A stretch of 64,000 bases of DNA from Prevotella sp. (GCA_017395215.1 JAFPVW010000189.1:1473-65472), one strand, 5' to 3'; positions 9,560-19,411 are shown, counted from the stretch's first letter. Notes: generated by a model from the sequence alone, not told the origin. Program-made: numbers and translations.

Positions 9560-12500
9560 ATGACTAAAAAGTTACTGTTCTCGTGTGTGTGTTTCCTGCT
9601 TTGTGCCATGACAGCCAAGGCCGCAGCCGTCAGCATTACCGGCCAGGGCGGCTGGTTTGAGAGTGCCTACGTGACGTGGCAGAAGACTGCCGGACTGGCG
9701 TACAAAGTCTATGTCAGTCCCGCCAACGCCAATACGTGGACCAAGCTCGACGACGAACTGGTGCGCGAATACCCGGCATACGGCCGCGCCGATGCCCTTG
9801 GTCTGAAGGCCGGCTCCTACAAGTTCAAAGTGGTGCCCGTCAACGGCGACAGCGAGGTGACTGCCGACGCTGCCGTCTCATCAGCAGTGGAGGTCAAGGC
9901 CCACGACCGCTCGGGATTTGCTCACGTCGGCATGTCGGGCGGCATCGGAGCCTACAAGAATGATGGCACGCTGAAGCAGGGCGCAAAGGTGCTCTACGTC
10001 TGGGCCGACAATGCCAAGACTATCACCCACAACGTCATCACCAGCAGCAGTGGAGCCGTCACCACAGGTAAAGGCCTACAGGACATCATCACACTCTACC
10101 AGAAGGGCTACGACACCACGCCGCTTGCCATCCGCATCATCGGCACCATCAAGGCCGACGATATGGACCGCTTCGATTCCTCTGCAGAGGGACTGCAGGT
10201 AAAGGGTAAGGGAGCCTACGGCGAAATGCCCATCACCATCGAGGGCGTCGGCAACGATGCCGCCATCTGGGGCTTCGGCATCCTCGTCCACGGATGCAAG
10301 GACACGGAGTTCCGCAACTTCGCCATCATGCTCTGTATGGACGATGTTCTGTCGTTGGATACCGACAACTCCAATGTTTGGATTCACAACATGGACTTCT
10401 TCTACGGCAAAACGGGCAGCGACGCCGACCAGGCCAAAGGCGACGGTACTGTGGACATCAAGAAACGCTCGAAAAACATCACTGTCTCTTACAACCACTT
10501 CATCGACTGCGGCAAGAGCAGTCTTGCCGGCATGAAGAGCGAGACCACCGACTACTGGATGACCTACCACCACAACTGGTTCGATCACAGCGACTCGCGC
10601 CACCCACGCATCCGTACCGCCTTTTATCACGTCTATAACAACTACTTCGACGGTGTGTCGAAATATGGCGTAGGCGTTACGATGGGCGGTTCGGCTTTCG
10701 TCGAGAACAACTACTTCCGCAATACGAAATACCCGATGCTCAGCTCCAAACAGGGTACCGACGCTGAGGGCGACGGCACGTTCTCAGGCGAGAACGGCGG
10801 CGTCATCAAGGCATATAACAACAAGATTGACAATCCGCGCAAGCTGCAGTACTGGAGCAGTGCCGTGCAGTCGACTGGCGTCTGGGATGCTGTGCTGGTC
10901 AACAGTCGCGATGCTTCTGTCACAGCTATGGCCTACACCGGCGGCACTGCTTACAACGCCGCTGCCGACGAGGCCGCCCGCACCACCTATATAGAGAACA
11001 AAATTGATGCGCCCGAGCAGGTGAAGTCTATCGTCAAAGGCGACCTTGGCGCAGGCCGTATGCAGCACGGTGATTTCCACTGGGCGTTCAACAACTCGCT
11101 GCAGGATGCCAACTACGACGTCATAAGCGAGCTAAAGAACGCACTGCAGAGCTATAAGTCGACACTCGTGGGTTTCTTCGGCCAGGCCATCAGCAATGGC
11201 GGCGCCACGGCAACCGTTGACAGCGGCGACGGCAAGGGCATGAGCGAGGAAGCGAACGATGCCTACGTGCCCTCTTGGGGCAGTGGCGGTGGCAGTGGCA
11301 CCATCACCGCCGGTGAGTATGTCATCGGTTCGTCGAAGGAGTTCTTCTGGTTCAACGAAGCTAACCAGACTGCCTATAATGCCTATATCGCCGACGGCAC
11401 GTTCACGACAAACGGAGAATTCCAGCCAAAGCGTGTGGTTGCCAAGAGCGATAACACGTCGTGTTCCGACTACATCGGTGCCATCCGCCTGGACCAAAAC
11501 GAATACCTGACCGTCCATTATGCTGACGGCATCGGCGCGGCCTATTTCTATGTCTCAAGCACCGGTTCGCAGAATTGGAAAATGGAGACCTCGAACGACG
11601 GCACCACGTGGACAACCACAGGAACTGCAACGGGCAACTCAGGCGCCCACCCTGCCTGCAACATCATGCCGCAAGAGCCGGTGAAATATGTGCGTATCAC
11701 CAATACCAATTCCGGCACTCGAGATTTGCAGGGCGTAAAGATTGCCAAGCCAGGCGAGGGCAACTCTGACGTCGACCCCGGCGACGACAACGATGAGGAG
11801 ACACTGAGCAGCGAAGCATCGGCTGAGTTCCTGCTCGGCGGCGACGACATCACAATGTCGGGCTATGCCTATACGCTGAACGTGGCCTACGATGCTGCCG
11901 ACGCCGCAGGCTACACCGTCACTGTAACTCCCGCCGAGGGTGCTACCGTGGCCGCCGTGACAGGAGCTTCCGGCTCTGATGGCAACTACACCATCGCAGC
12001 CCCCGCCCCTGGCCAGACTGCCACCGCCACCTTCCGCATCCTGGCAGAAAACAAGGCCAACACGCGCAGCTATACCATTAACATTGTCAAGGCAGCAGAC
12101 TCGAATGCCGACCCTGGCAACGAAGATGACAATGATTCCGAGATTCTGTATTTCGATGGCGGGAAACTAAGCAACACAACCTTCTATCAGCCTTCGCCTG
12201 CACAATTACAATTCAAGACTAAGTATGGCTCCGAAACATACAAGGGTATTACGAGTGGAGTATCTTGGGAGCCGAAGGACGGGGAAATAATAACGTTTAC
12301 CACGACAAAAGCTGCTACACTGAAGATTGTTTATGGCGAGAACAAGAACAAAGACATCAAACTGGACGGAGAAAAAACGACAAAAACAGAGATTGCCATT
12401 TCAGCAGGAACACACAAACTCGAAAAAGCAAGTGCTTCAGTGGAGATCTTCTTCATCGACGTCATATACGCTGACGACGTACTCCGCGGCGATGCCGACG

Positions 12501-12658
12501 GCAACGGCAAGGTAGAACCGGCCGACATTCTCGCCTTAGCCAACCATCTGATTGGCAAGACCCCCGCCCAATTCAACGCCAAGGCTGCCGACGTCAACAA
12601 GGACGGCAAGGTTGATATCACTGATCTTGTAGCACTCATCAAGAAGTTAATCCCGTAA
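9560..12658 (+). CDS. Pectate lyase (PL1) with Fn3, CBM77-like module and dockerin
   Basis: VWIHNMD, DGTVDIK, TYHHNWFDHSDSRHPRIR, YNNYF motifs; C-terminal dockerin; ATG at 9560 follows promoter TACTTTTG at 9523-9530. Confidence 0.9.
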   Translation: MTKKLLFSCVCFLLCAMTAKAAAVSITGQGGWFESAYVTWQKTAGLAYKVYVSPANANTWTKLDDELVREYPAYGRADALGLKAGSYKFKVVPVNGDSEVTADAAVSSAVEVKAHDRSGFAHVGMSGGIGAYKNDGTLKQGAKVLYVWADNAKTITHNVITSSSGAVTTGKGLQDIITLYQKGYDTTPLAIRIIGTIKADDMDRFDSSAEGLQVKGKGAYGEMPITIEGVGNDAAIWGFGILVHGCKDTEFRNFAIMLCMDDVLSLDTDNSNVWIHNMDFFYGKTGSDADQAKGDGTVDIKKRSKNITVSYNHFIDCGKSSLAGMKSETTDYWMTYHHNWFDHSDSRHPRIRTAFYHVYNNYFDGVSKYGVGVTMGGSAFVENNYFRNTKYPMLSSKQGTDAEGDGTFSGENGGVIKAYNNKIDNPRKLQYWSSAVQSTGVWDAVLVNSRDASVTAMAYTGGTAYNAAADEAARTTYIENKIDAPEQVKSIVKGDLGAGRMQHGDFHWAFNNSLQDANYDVISELKNALQSYKSTLVGFFGQAISNGGATATVDSGDGKGMSEEANDAYVPSWGSGGGSGTITAGEYVIGSSKEFFWFNEANQTAYNAYIADGTFTTNGEFQPKRVVAKSDNTSCSDYIGAIRLDQNEYLTVHYADGIGAAYFYVSSTGSQNWKMETSNDGTTWTTTGTATGNSGAHPACNIMPQEPVKYVRITNTNSGTRDLQGVKIAKPGEGNSDVDPGDDNDEETLSSEASAEFLLGGDDITMSGYAYTLNVAYDAADAAGYTVTVTPAEGATVAAVTGASGSDGNYTIAAPAPGQTATATFRILAENKANTRSYTINIVKAADSNADPGNEDDNDSEILYFDGGKLSNTTFYQPSPAQLQFKTKYGSETYKGITSGVSWEPKDGEIITFTTTKAATLKIVYGENKNKDIKLDGEKTTKTEIAISAGTHKLEKASASVEIFFIDVIYADDVLRGDADGNGKVEPADILALANHLIGKTPAQFNAKAADVNKDGKVDITDLVALIKKLIP

Positions 12659-12669
12659 CAGATTTGCTT

Positions 12670-14100
12670 ATGCCCACGACAGCCCGCGTGTTCCAGATAT
12701 TCAAGGAACTGAACCAGATTCCCCGTCCTTCGCACCACGAAGAACAGGTGGCCGACTATCTCTGCCAGTTTGCAGAGCGTCTGCATTTAGACTACAAGCG
12801 CGATGCCGAGAACTGCGTCGTCATCAGCAAACCGGCCACGCCAGGCCACGAGGGGGCTGAGCCCATCGTGCTGCTGAACCACATGGATATGGTCTGCGTG
12901 GGCATGAGCGACCCACTCCACGCTCCCATCGAGGCGTATGTGGAGAACGGGTGGATGAAGGCTCGCGGCACCTCGTTAGGTGCCGACAATGGCATCGGAC
13001 TCTCTATGGCGCTCGCCGTGCTCGAAAGCAGCGACATCGTACATGGCCCGCTGGAGGTGATGACCACCACCAACGAGGAAGACGGCATGTCGGGAGCCTC
13101 ACAACTGAGCAAAGACTTCCTGCGGGGCCGCAAGGTCATCAACCTCGACTCCGAGGACTACGACACCATCACCACGGGAGCCGCCGGTGCCTGTCTGCAG
13201 TTCCACCGCATCCCGCTGGAACGAGTCGCCCCTCCGTCTATCGGGGAGCGCTCCTGGTACGCTATTCGCTTTGAGGGCGGACTGGGCGGTCACTCCGGCG
13301 TCGACATCAACAAAGGCCGTTGCAGCGCCGTGGTGGCGGCACGCACCATCTTAGACGCTATCCGCAAAGAGCACGACCTCGACATCGCGTCTATTAAAAT
13401 AGGTGAAGCCAACGCATCGATCGCCTCAACTGCTGAAATCGTAGTCAGCTCGGCTTCCGACGCGACTGAGTTCATGCAGCAACAGGAGAGGTCGATAAAC
13501 GATTGGCTGCATGAGACGTTTGGTAACAGCGACCCCCGCATGCATTGTACCATCTCCGAATCCGAACCGCAAGCCATGGTCATCAGCCGCAAGACTATTG
13601 AAGCGTTGATGACGTGCCTGCAACAGATTCCGCAGGGAGTCGTGAAGATGAGCGACGTGATGAAGGACACCGTGGAGACCTCGAACAACATTGGTCGCAT
13701 CCTGACCGAAGAAGACCACATCTTCGTGTCTACCCACACGCGCAGCTTCATCGACAGCGAGATGGACAAGCTCAGTCGCGCCATCGCGAAGGTTTTCGCA
13801 GCCAACGGTGCCACCAGCGAGACCATTATGTCGGCTCCCGCCTGGCAGGAGGATCAGGAGTCCGGCTTCCTGCGTCTCACCTCCGACACGTTCAACGACG
13901 TCTTAGGCTGGCGCCCCCGCATGGTCGCCATGCACTTTGTGCTCGAAGCCGGTTTCTTCGTGCAGCACTATCCCGGCATCCAGATGGCGAGCATCGGCCC
14001 ACGCATCGTTGAGCCCCACTCTACCAGTGAGCGCGTGGAGCTCTCAACCGTCGAGGACATCTGGCGCGTACTCATCGAGCTGCTCCGCCGTCTGGCGTAG
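12670..14100 (+). CDS. pepD: Aminoacyl-histidine dipeptidase (M20C)
   Basis: IPRPSHHEE, HMDMV, TSLGADNGIG, NEEDGM, NLDSED, GGHSG, LEAG motifs. Confidence 0.88.
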   Translation: MPTTARVFQIFKELNQIPRPSHHEEQVADYLCQFAERLHLDYKRDAENCVVISKPATPGHEGAEPIVLLNHMDMVCVGMSDPLHAPIEAYVENGWMKARGTSLGADNGIGLSMALAVLESSDIVHGPLEVMTTTNEEDGMSGASQLSKDFLRGRKVINLDSEDYDTITTGAAGACLQFHRIPLERVAPPSIGERSWYAIRFEGGLGGHSGVDINKGRCSAVVAARTILDAIRKEHDLDIASIKIGEANASIASTAEIVVSSASDATEFMQQQERSINDWLHETFGNSDPRMHCTISESEPQAMVISRKTIEALMTCLQQIPQGVVKMSDVMKDTVETSNNIGRILTEEDHIFVSTHTRSFIDSEMDKLSRAIAKVFAANGATSETIMSAPAWQEDQESGFLRLTSDTFNDVLGWRPRMVAMHFVLEAGFFVQHYPGIQMASIGPRIVEPHSTSERVELSTVEDIWRVLIELLRRLA

Positions 14101-15616
14101 TCTTTGGCGTTTGCTGTTCTTCTTCCACTACCAGTCCGGTCATGCTGACCGTCTTCGACTGGTAGTTCTCTTTGGCCACGATGTTCACGGTGTTGCCCTC
14201 GAAGCGTAGCTTCAGCAGCACGGCCCCCATCCAGTTCACGAAGTGGAGCTTCACCTGCAGCTCGTCGCCCTGCCAGGCATAGCAGGCCCCTGCAAGGAAG
14301 GGCGGACTGATGGTGCTGAACTGGTTGCGCACGGCGTAGCGTGCATTGAGCGGGTAGAGAGGAACCGACGAGGTGGCCCACGCCTGGTGCCCCATCACCA
14401 CCTGTCCCTTGCGTCCTGCGGTGTCGGTAATCTCCATGATGTCGTCGGCCACGAAGCGCAGGGCCGACCATCCCAGTGGGTTCTTTCCGAGACTGATGGT
14501 CTTGCCAAGATAGTCAGCCAGCACCTTGCTGGTCAGTTCGCCCTCAAGCAGCGGCAGCGACCATTCCCTCTGCTGCAGTTGGCGGTAAGCCTCCGACGCG
14601 GGCAGTGCCACGTCCTGCATCCCTTTGAAGAGCGTATTCCAGATATACTCGCGCTGGCGCAAGCCGTCGTTGAGGTTGCACTGGTTGATGACCACGACCA
14701 CGTCCTTGTCGGGAATGATGACGATGTACTGTCCGTAAGCGCCATCGGCACGAACAGTCCCGGGGTGGCCTTGGCACATCCACATCTGATAGCCGTAGCC
14801 GTCGCTCTTGTCGCGTGCCACCTGCTGCTTCATCATCTCGCCGACCCACTGGGCGGGAATCAGCTGCCTGCCGTTCCACTGGCCGCGCTGCAGCAGCAGC
14901 TGCCCGAACTTCGCCAGCGACTCGCCCTGGATGTACAATCCCCACCCTCCGGTGTTGATGCCCTCAGGGCTCTGTTCCCACCTGACCTCCCGAATGTTGA
15001 GATACTTGAACACCTTCTCTGCGAGATAGTCCAGCAGCGTCATGCCCGTCACCTGCTGCACGATGGCCGACAGCAGATAGGTGTCGATAGAGTCATACTG
15101 AAACCGCCTGCCCGGCGCGGCGTTCATGGGGTGTGCCAGATAGTCCTTAATCCACTGTGTGCTGGCGTTGCGCATCTTCGTGTCGACGACAAAGCCCGAC
15201 TGCATCGTGAGCAGGTCGCGGACGGTGATGCTGTTCAGCCGCCAGCTCACCACCTTCGGCAGCTGCTTGGGGAAGAAACTCACCAGTCGGTCGTCGAGGC
15301 GCAGCCGTTTCTCGCCGATGGCAATACCGACGGCGGCGGCCACAAACGTCTTCGAGCACGAGAACTGCGTATGTTGATACTCCGGGCGGAAGGGGACCGG
15401 GAACAGCTCGCCAACCACTTTCCCATGCCGCATCACGATGGTACTGTGAATCTCGCAGCGGGGATAGGCCAGCAGCGAGTCGAAGAAGGCGGCAACCTGC
15501 TCCGACCGTATGCCCACGGCTTCGGGCGACGTACGGGGCAGGTCGTTGACCTGTGCGCCGACGTCCATCCACCCCATCAGGGCCACGACAATCGTTATCA
15601 ATACATATCTCTTCAT
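14072..15616 (-). CDS. Serine hydrolase, beta-lactamase class C-like (esterase)
   Basis: FSCSKTF (SxxK), LLTMQSG, FQYDS, GYGYQMW, ADGAYGQ; signal peptide begins at ATG 15616. Confidence 0.88.
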   Translation of the reverse strand: MKRYVLITIVVALMGWMDVGAQVNDLPRTSPEAVGIRSEQVAAFFDSLLAYPRCEIHSTIVMRHGKVVGELFPVPFRPEYQHTQFSCSKTFVAAAVGIAIGEKRLRLDDRLVSFFPKQLPKVVSWRLNSITVRDLLTMQSGFVVDTKMRNASTQWIKDYLAHPMNAAPGRRFQYDSIDTYLLSAIVQQVTGMTLLDYLAEKVFKYLNIREVRWEQSPEGINTGGWGLYIQGESLAKFGQLLLQRGQWNGRQLIPAQWVGEMMKQQVARDKSDGYGYQMWMCQGHPGTVRADGAYGQYIVIIPDKDVVVVINQCNLNDGLRQREYIWNTLFKGMQDVALPASEAYRQLQQREWSLPLLEGELTSKVLADYLGKTISLGKNPLGWSALRFVADDIMEITDTAGRKGQVVMGHQAWATSSVPLYPLNARYAVRNQFSTISPPFLAGACYAWQGDELQVKLHFVNWMGAVLLKLRFEGNTVNIVAKENYQSKTVSMTGLVVEEEQQTPKTTPDGGAAR

Positions 15617-15626
15617 TCCGTTTAAA

Positions 15627-16555
15627 AAATTGGGGTCGGTTCCGGTGATCCACTCTTCAACGTTTGGCATTTATCCTATATACTACCCCATATGCGACAC
15701 CTGTGACACGAGCTATCTGCCTGACACTGGCTCCATAATTGCACAAGTCTTTAAGAATTCTATTTCGCTCTGGCTTCGGTAGCGTAGAGATGTCTTGCGA
15801 TGTTAGCAAGCCTGTCATCTCAACAATATACGATTTCAACTCATCGTCCGTGATAACAGAATTTGTTTTAGAATCGACATCGAGAATAAAATCCTCATTC
15901 ACAGGCATTGTAACCCACTCATACACGTTCTCCGCATTAAGCCGTTTCAGTACCGAATAAATATCACAAATCACTGGGTGTCCCGACTGCCCTTCATATT
16001 CCGGCCAACTGCTCCACTGATAGTCACGAACCTCCTTAACAAGACCAGACTTCACAGGATTCTGGTGAATATAACGAAGCAGTGTCATAAAATACTCGAT
16101 CGAATTGACTGCCTCGCTACGAAAACGGTCTTCAAACAAAGGTCCCTTCCGCTCGTACTTACCATTATAATAGCGGACATAAGAAACGCCAATCCGTTTC
16201 ATTATCTCACTGATATTCTCTTCACGCTCACGAATTAGGAGATGAACGTGATTGTTCATCAGGCAGTATGCATATATCGTACATAACGGTGGAAGTACCC
16301 CTCCACCCTCATCATGTCTGCACACCAAGTGCTCAAGAATACGCATAAACAAAAAATAGTCATCAGGGCACTCAAAAATGTCCTGACGGTTAATACCACG
16401 AAGCATTACATGATATATTCCTGTTCCACTATGTTCGCGAAGACGACGAGGCATTATACCATTTTTACAGATTCATTGTGCAAAAGTACAAAAAAGAAAG
16501 GAATTCACAAAAGAAATGACGCAAAAAGTGAATCAACCGGAACCGACCCCAATTT
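15627..16555 (-). mobile_element. Y1 (HUH) transposase element with ~28-bp terminal inverted repeats
   Basis: aaattggggtcggttccggtgatccact (15627-15654) is inverted relative to agtgaatcaaccggaaccgaccccaattt (16527-16555); low-GC interior. Confidence 0.75.
15657..16454 (-). CDS. RAYT-like Y1 tyrosine transposase with C-terminal HTH
   Basis: YHVMLRGINRQDIF, YAYCLMNNHVHLLI (HUH), LFEDRF, YIHQNPVK, YQWSS. Confidence 0.92.
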   Translation of the reverse strand: MPRRLREHSGTGIYHVMLRGINRQDIFECPDDYFLFMRILEHLVCRHDEGGGVLPPLCTIYAYCLMNNHVHLLIREREENISEIMKRIGVSYVRYYNGKYERKGPLFEDRFRSEAVNSIEYFMTLLRYIHQNPVKSGLVKEVRDYQWSSWPEYEGQSGHPVICDIYSVLKRLNAENVYEWVTMPVNEDFILDVDSKTNSVITDDELKSYIVEMTGLLTSQDISTLPKPERNRILKDLCNYGASVRQIARVTGVAYGVVYRINAKR

Positions 16556-16751
16556 CTTTTTTGAGGAATACGGTCAGATTCGTTGTGCGTTGAACATAAT
16601 AAGTAAGAACAAGGCAAAAGAGGTCGGCCAATTCGATATGTTAATTGGTGCAACTGCCCTCCATTATGGATTGACGGTTGTTACCGACAACATAAAGGAC
16701 TTCAGCTTAATGCCTGGAGTAAAGTGTGTAAACTGGGTGGAACGCGAATAA
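16556..16751 (+). pseudogene. C-terminal fragment of a VapC/PIN toxin
   Basis: FDMLIGATALHYGLTVVTDNIKDF...NW is a PIN C-terminus; the N-terminus is absent and replaced by the transposase element end. Confidence 0.8.
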
Positions 16752-16775
16752 GCGTCCTATTCTCATACAAATAAC

Positions 16776-16818
16776 GTTCAAACCGCCTCGTCTGTTGGTA
16801 AAGCGAGACGGTTTGAAC
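16776..16818. terminator. Hairpin / probable bidirectional terminator
   Basis: gttcaaaccgcctcg ... cgagacggtttgaac, 14/15-bp stem between convergent genes. Confidence 0.6.
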
Positions 16819-17031
16819 ACAATAATTCCAGAAATAGACTTAATAGCTCCAAAACCCTATTTCAGGGATACAAAAGTCATTCCACTTGGCATCACGACGC
16901 AAACCGTCATTAGAAATTATCAATTGTATCTTTGTTACATAGCACATTCGGATCTATCCTCAGTGTCTGTTTTTCTGACGTATCCTTTTTAACCCATTTC
17001 TTTGTTCTTTATACCATATTTGTTTCTCCTG

Positions 17032-18213
17032 CTAATTGGTTTCTTGATATGTTTTAGCTTTGCCATTACGGGTAATTTCAACTTCAAGATTCTCATGGCC
17101 ATCTCCACACGAATAGCTGACAACATAGCCGTCTTCCGAGTTCTCATTGGTGCTTCCAGAGAAAGTATAAGATTGGTACCTTCCCATCATTCCATCTTCC
17201 TTTTGAATTGCAGTACCCATATATTGCTCACGCATAAAATTGTAGTTCTCTTCACCAACGAGACGAATGAGTCTCTTTCTCCATACTGGATCTTCGATAT
17301 TATCGTTTCCTTCCTCCAACAGTTCGCCTAACCAAACATCTTCATCGTCTTCCTCAGAGGTTATGTCCTCTGATTCAACTTCATCTGTCCCATCATTTTC
17401 TATAGAATTATAATCGTCAGTTACCTTTTCTACTTTATTGTCCACTGGTGCAGGTACCTTATCCCCCCATGCACCTGGGTTTAACGCAAGACCCAGGATG
17501 ATTGCTGCAGTTAAGACAAGAGAAGTTATGCCATCGGTTTTTCCAAACTCTACCAGCTGCGGACCGTCGGGTTCTAACCCATCTACACGGATGTCTTCAT
17601 CTTCCGTGCGCCTGCATATCCAAAACAGAATCAAAGGCGATGCAAAGACAAGTAGCACCCACGCAATAGTGTTTGGCGCGGAGTCGGCATCCCTTAACCG
17701 TCGTGTGGCAGTAGCATACAGAGGTATAATGGATCCCAAAGTATATATTCCAAAGATTCCTGTTGCTAGTATCTGATAGGCAGCAGGCGTGTCATCTGTC
17801 ATTGCAGCGGCAAACACCAAAAACAGTCCAAAGAATATGGCAGCCCATACCAATAGCCCCACAAAATAGTGCTTTCGATTCAGTCTTGCATTGAAAACAG
17901 CATAGTTCCTGAGATACGGCTCCACAATATAGTAGTCGAAGAATTTTCGTGTGCCGTCGTCTTTTCTTTCTGCCTTCTTTGGATTCGGGGATTCGGGGGC
18001 AGGACAGCATGGCTTTGTCAGCTTCTCATGACAATGCGGACAGATCTCCGTTCCTTCCTCTATCATTTCACTACAGATGGGGCAGGGAATCATTTGCTTA
18101 GTATTATCCTCCGCCTTTTCTTCTGTCAGCCACTCACCACAATACTTACACTTCTTGGCTACAGCCAAAATCTCTTCGCCACAATACGGGCATTTCTTTG
18201 TTTCTTGTTCCAT
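17032..18213 (-). CDS. Double zinc-ribbon + DUF805 membrane protein
   Basis: CPYC..CKYC and CPIC..CPHC ribbons; YAVFNARLNRKHYF and TRRLRD DUF805 motifs. Confidence 0.8.
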   Translation of the reverse strand: MEQETKKCPYCGEEILAVAKKCKYCGEWLTEEKAEDNTKQMIPCPICSEMIEEGTEICPHCHEKLTKPCCPAPESPNPKKAERKDDGTRKFFDYYIVEPYLRNYAVFNARLNRKHYFVGLLVWAAIFFGLFLVFAAAMTDDTPAAYQILATGIFGIYTLGSIIPLYATATRRLRDADSAPNTIAWVLLVFASPLILFWICRRTEDEDIRVDGLEPDGPQLVEFGKTDGITSLVLTAAIILGLALNPGAWGDKVPAPVDNKVEKVTDDYNSIENDGTDEVESEDITSEEDDEDVWLGELLEEGNDNIEDPVWRKRLIRLVGEENYNFMREQYMGTAIQKEDGMMGRYQSYTFSGSTNENSEDGYVVSYSCGDGHENLEVEITRNGKAKTYQETN

Positions 18214-18232
18214 AAACTAATATCAATTATGA

Positions 18233-18757
18233 TTAATCTTCTGATACATCGCTGAGCCACTGCCTTGAACTAAGATTTACGCCAAGTGACCCCAGCCCAA
18301 CAAATATTGCTATCACCCATCCAGCTTCCGAACTGAAGAAATGCTCTCCAAGCAAATAGCCGATATAGGCATACAAGAGTGAGAGAATGACGCATACCAC
18401 TTGTCCGATGTAGGGAATGAGCATTAATATGCTTAGTCCTATGAACACGCCGCCACCTACCCACCAAGACTTGCAGGCAAATCCCATAATAATGGCAATG
18501 ATGAATATCTGTACCGGCAATGCATCTGAGTTCTCTTTGTTCCAGTCTGCCTGGGTATTGGCAATCCTCACATCATCTCTCAACGACGAAACTTTTCCTT
18601 TGTGTTCCGTTTTGCTTACGTTTACTTTAGGTCGGTTTACTCTTCCCCCGTTTGGCTTTTTTCTGTCTATCAGCCACTCTCCGCAGTGCTTGCACTTCTT
18701 GGCTGTAGCCATTATTTCTTCGCCGCAGTATGGGCATTTCTTTGTCTCTTGTTCCAT
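18233..18757 (-). CDS. Zinc-ribbon membrane protein
   Basis: MEQETKKCPYCGEEI...CKHCGEW N-terminus, TM-rich C-terminus. Confidence 0.8.
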   Translation of the reverse strand: MEQETKKCPYCGEEIMATAKKCKHCGEWLIDRKKPNGGRVNRPKVNVSKTEHKGKVSSLRDDVRIANTQADWNKENSDALPVQIFIIAIIMGFACKSWWVGGGVFIGLSILMLIPYIGQVVCVILSLLYAYIGYLLGEHFFSSEAGWVIAIFVGLGSLGVNLSSRQWLSDVSED

Positions 18758-18781
18758 AAATAACCTTTTTTTGTCGTTGTA

Positions 18782-19216
18782 CTAATTGAAGACGTGAAGT
18801 ATGGCTTTTATTAGAAATCTTGCGTTCAAGTCGTGCATATCAACTGCTAGAGGATGCTTGCTGTCATATTCGTACAATGGCGATATCCAATAAATCTCAT
18901 CGTATTTAGTGGCAATCTTAGAGACCGAATCACATGTGGTTCCCTTGCTCCTTGAAGTGCATACGATTACTTCGCAATCATCATTGGCCAACTGTTCTAA
19001 GTAGCCGGACTGAGCGGAGCCTGGGTCTCCAAGGCTCAGGATACCTACTTTGTGAGTTCGGAAAATGTACTCTTTGCAGATATCAGCTTCATCGAGAAGA
19101 ACTTTCACAAGTCTTGCACCACAAGAATGCAATATCTCATCGAATAGCCTAATAGTACTGGTTTTCCCTGAATTAGCGGGAGCATAAAGACACAGAATAG
19201 TTTTCTTCATATTCAT
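18782..19216 (-). CDS. Small P-loop NTPase-like protein
   Basis: LCLYAPANSGKT Walker-A-like motif near the N-terminus; SLGDP. Confidence 0.65.
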   Translation of the reverse strand: MNMKKTILCLYAPANSGKTSTIRLFDEILHSCGARLVKVLLDEADICKEYIFRTHKVGILSLGDPGSAQSGYLEQLANDDCEVIVCTSRSKGTTCDSVSKIATKYDEIYWISPLYEYDSKHPLAVDMHDLNARFLIKAILHVFN

Positions 19217-19250
19217 ATAGTTTTAGATGTTTGACAAAACCTACCCATAC

Positions 19251-19411
19251 AAAAAGAGCGAGAACCTACTTCTGACCAATCTGTCTGCGTAGGTTCTAGC
19301 ACGACCCCAATCATCAAATTAGCTGAAGTGGTCCACGCCCTATGTAGGGACGTGAACGTATCACTTCGCCGTTTTCTTTGAATGATTGGATAAATGTGCT
19401 AGATTTACGCA
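19251..19411 (-). ncRNA. Structured 5' leader (candidate cis-regulatory RNA), copy 1
   Basis: Nested stems 19286-19302/19396-19411, ccaatcat/atgattgg, gaagtg/cacttc, apical hairpin 19331-19357; alternative stem 19261-19269/19289-19297 next to a U-run. Confidence 0.6.

Noticed and set aside
14243-15625. Long antisense ORFs (this one, and 1448-2611, 36170-37579, 48090-49253, 54158-55360)
   Set aside because: Shadows of GC3-biased real genes on the opposite strand, with no recognisable motifs
16314-16555. N-terminal half of the 145-aa ORF 16314-16751
   Set aside because: Antisense to the transposase and runs through its end repeat; only the part after 16555 is PIN-like
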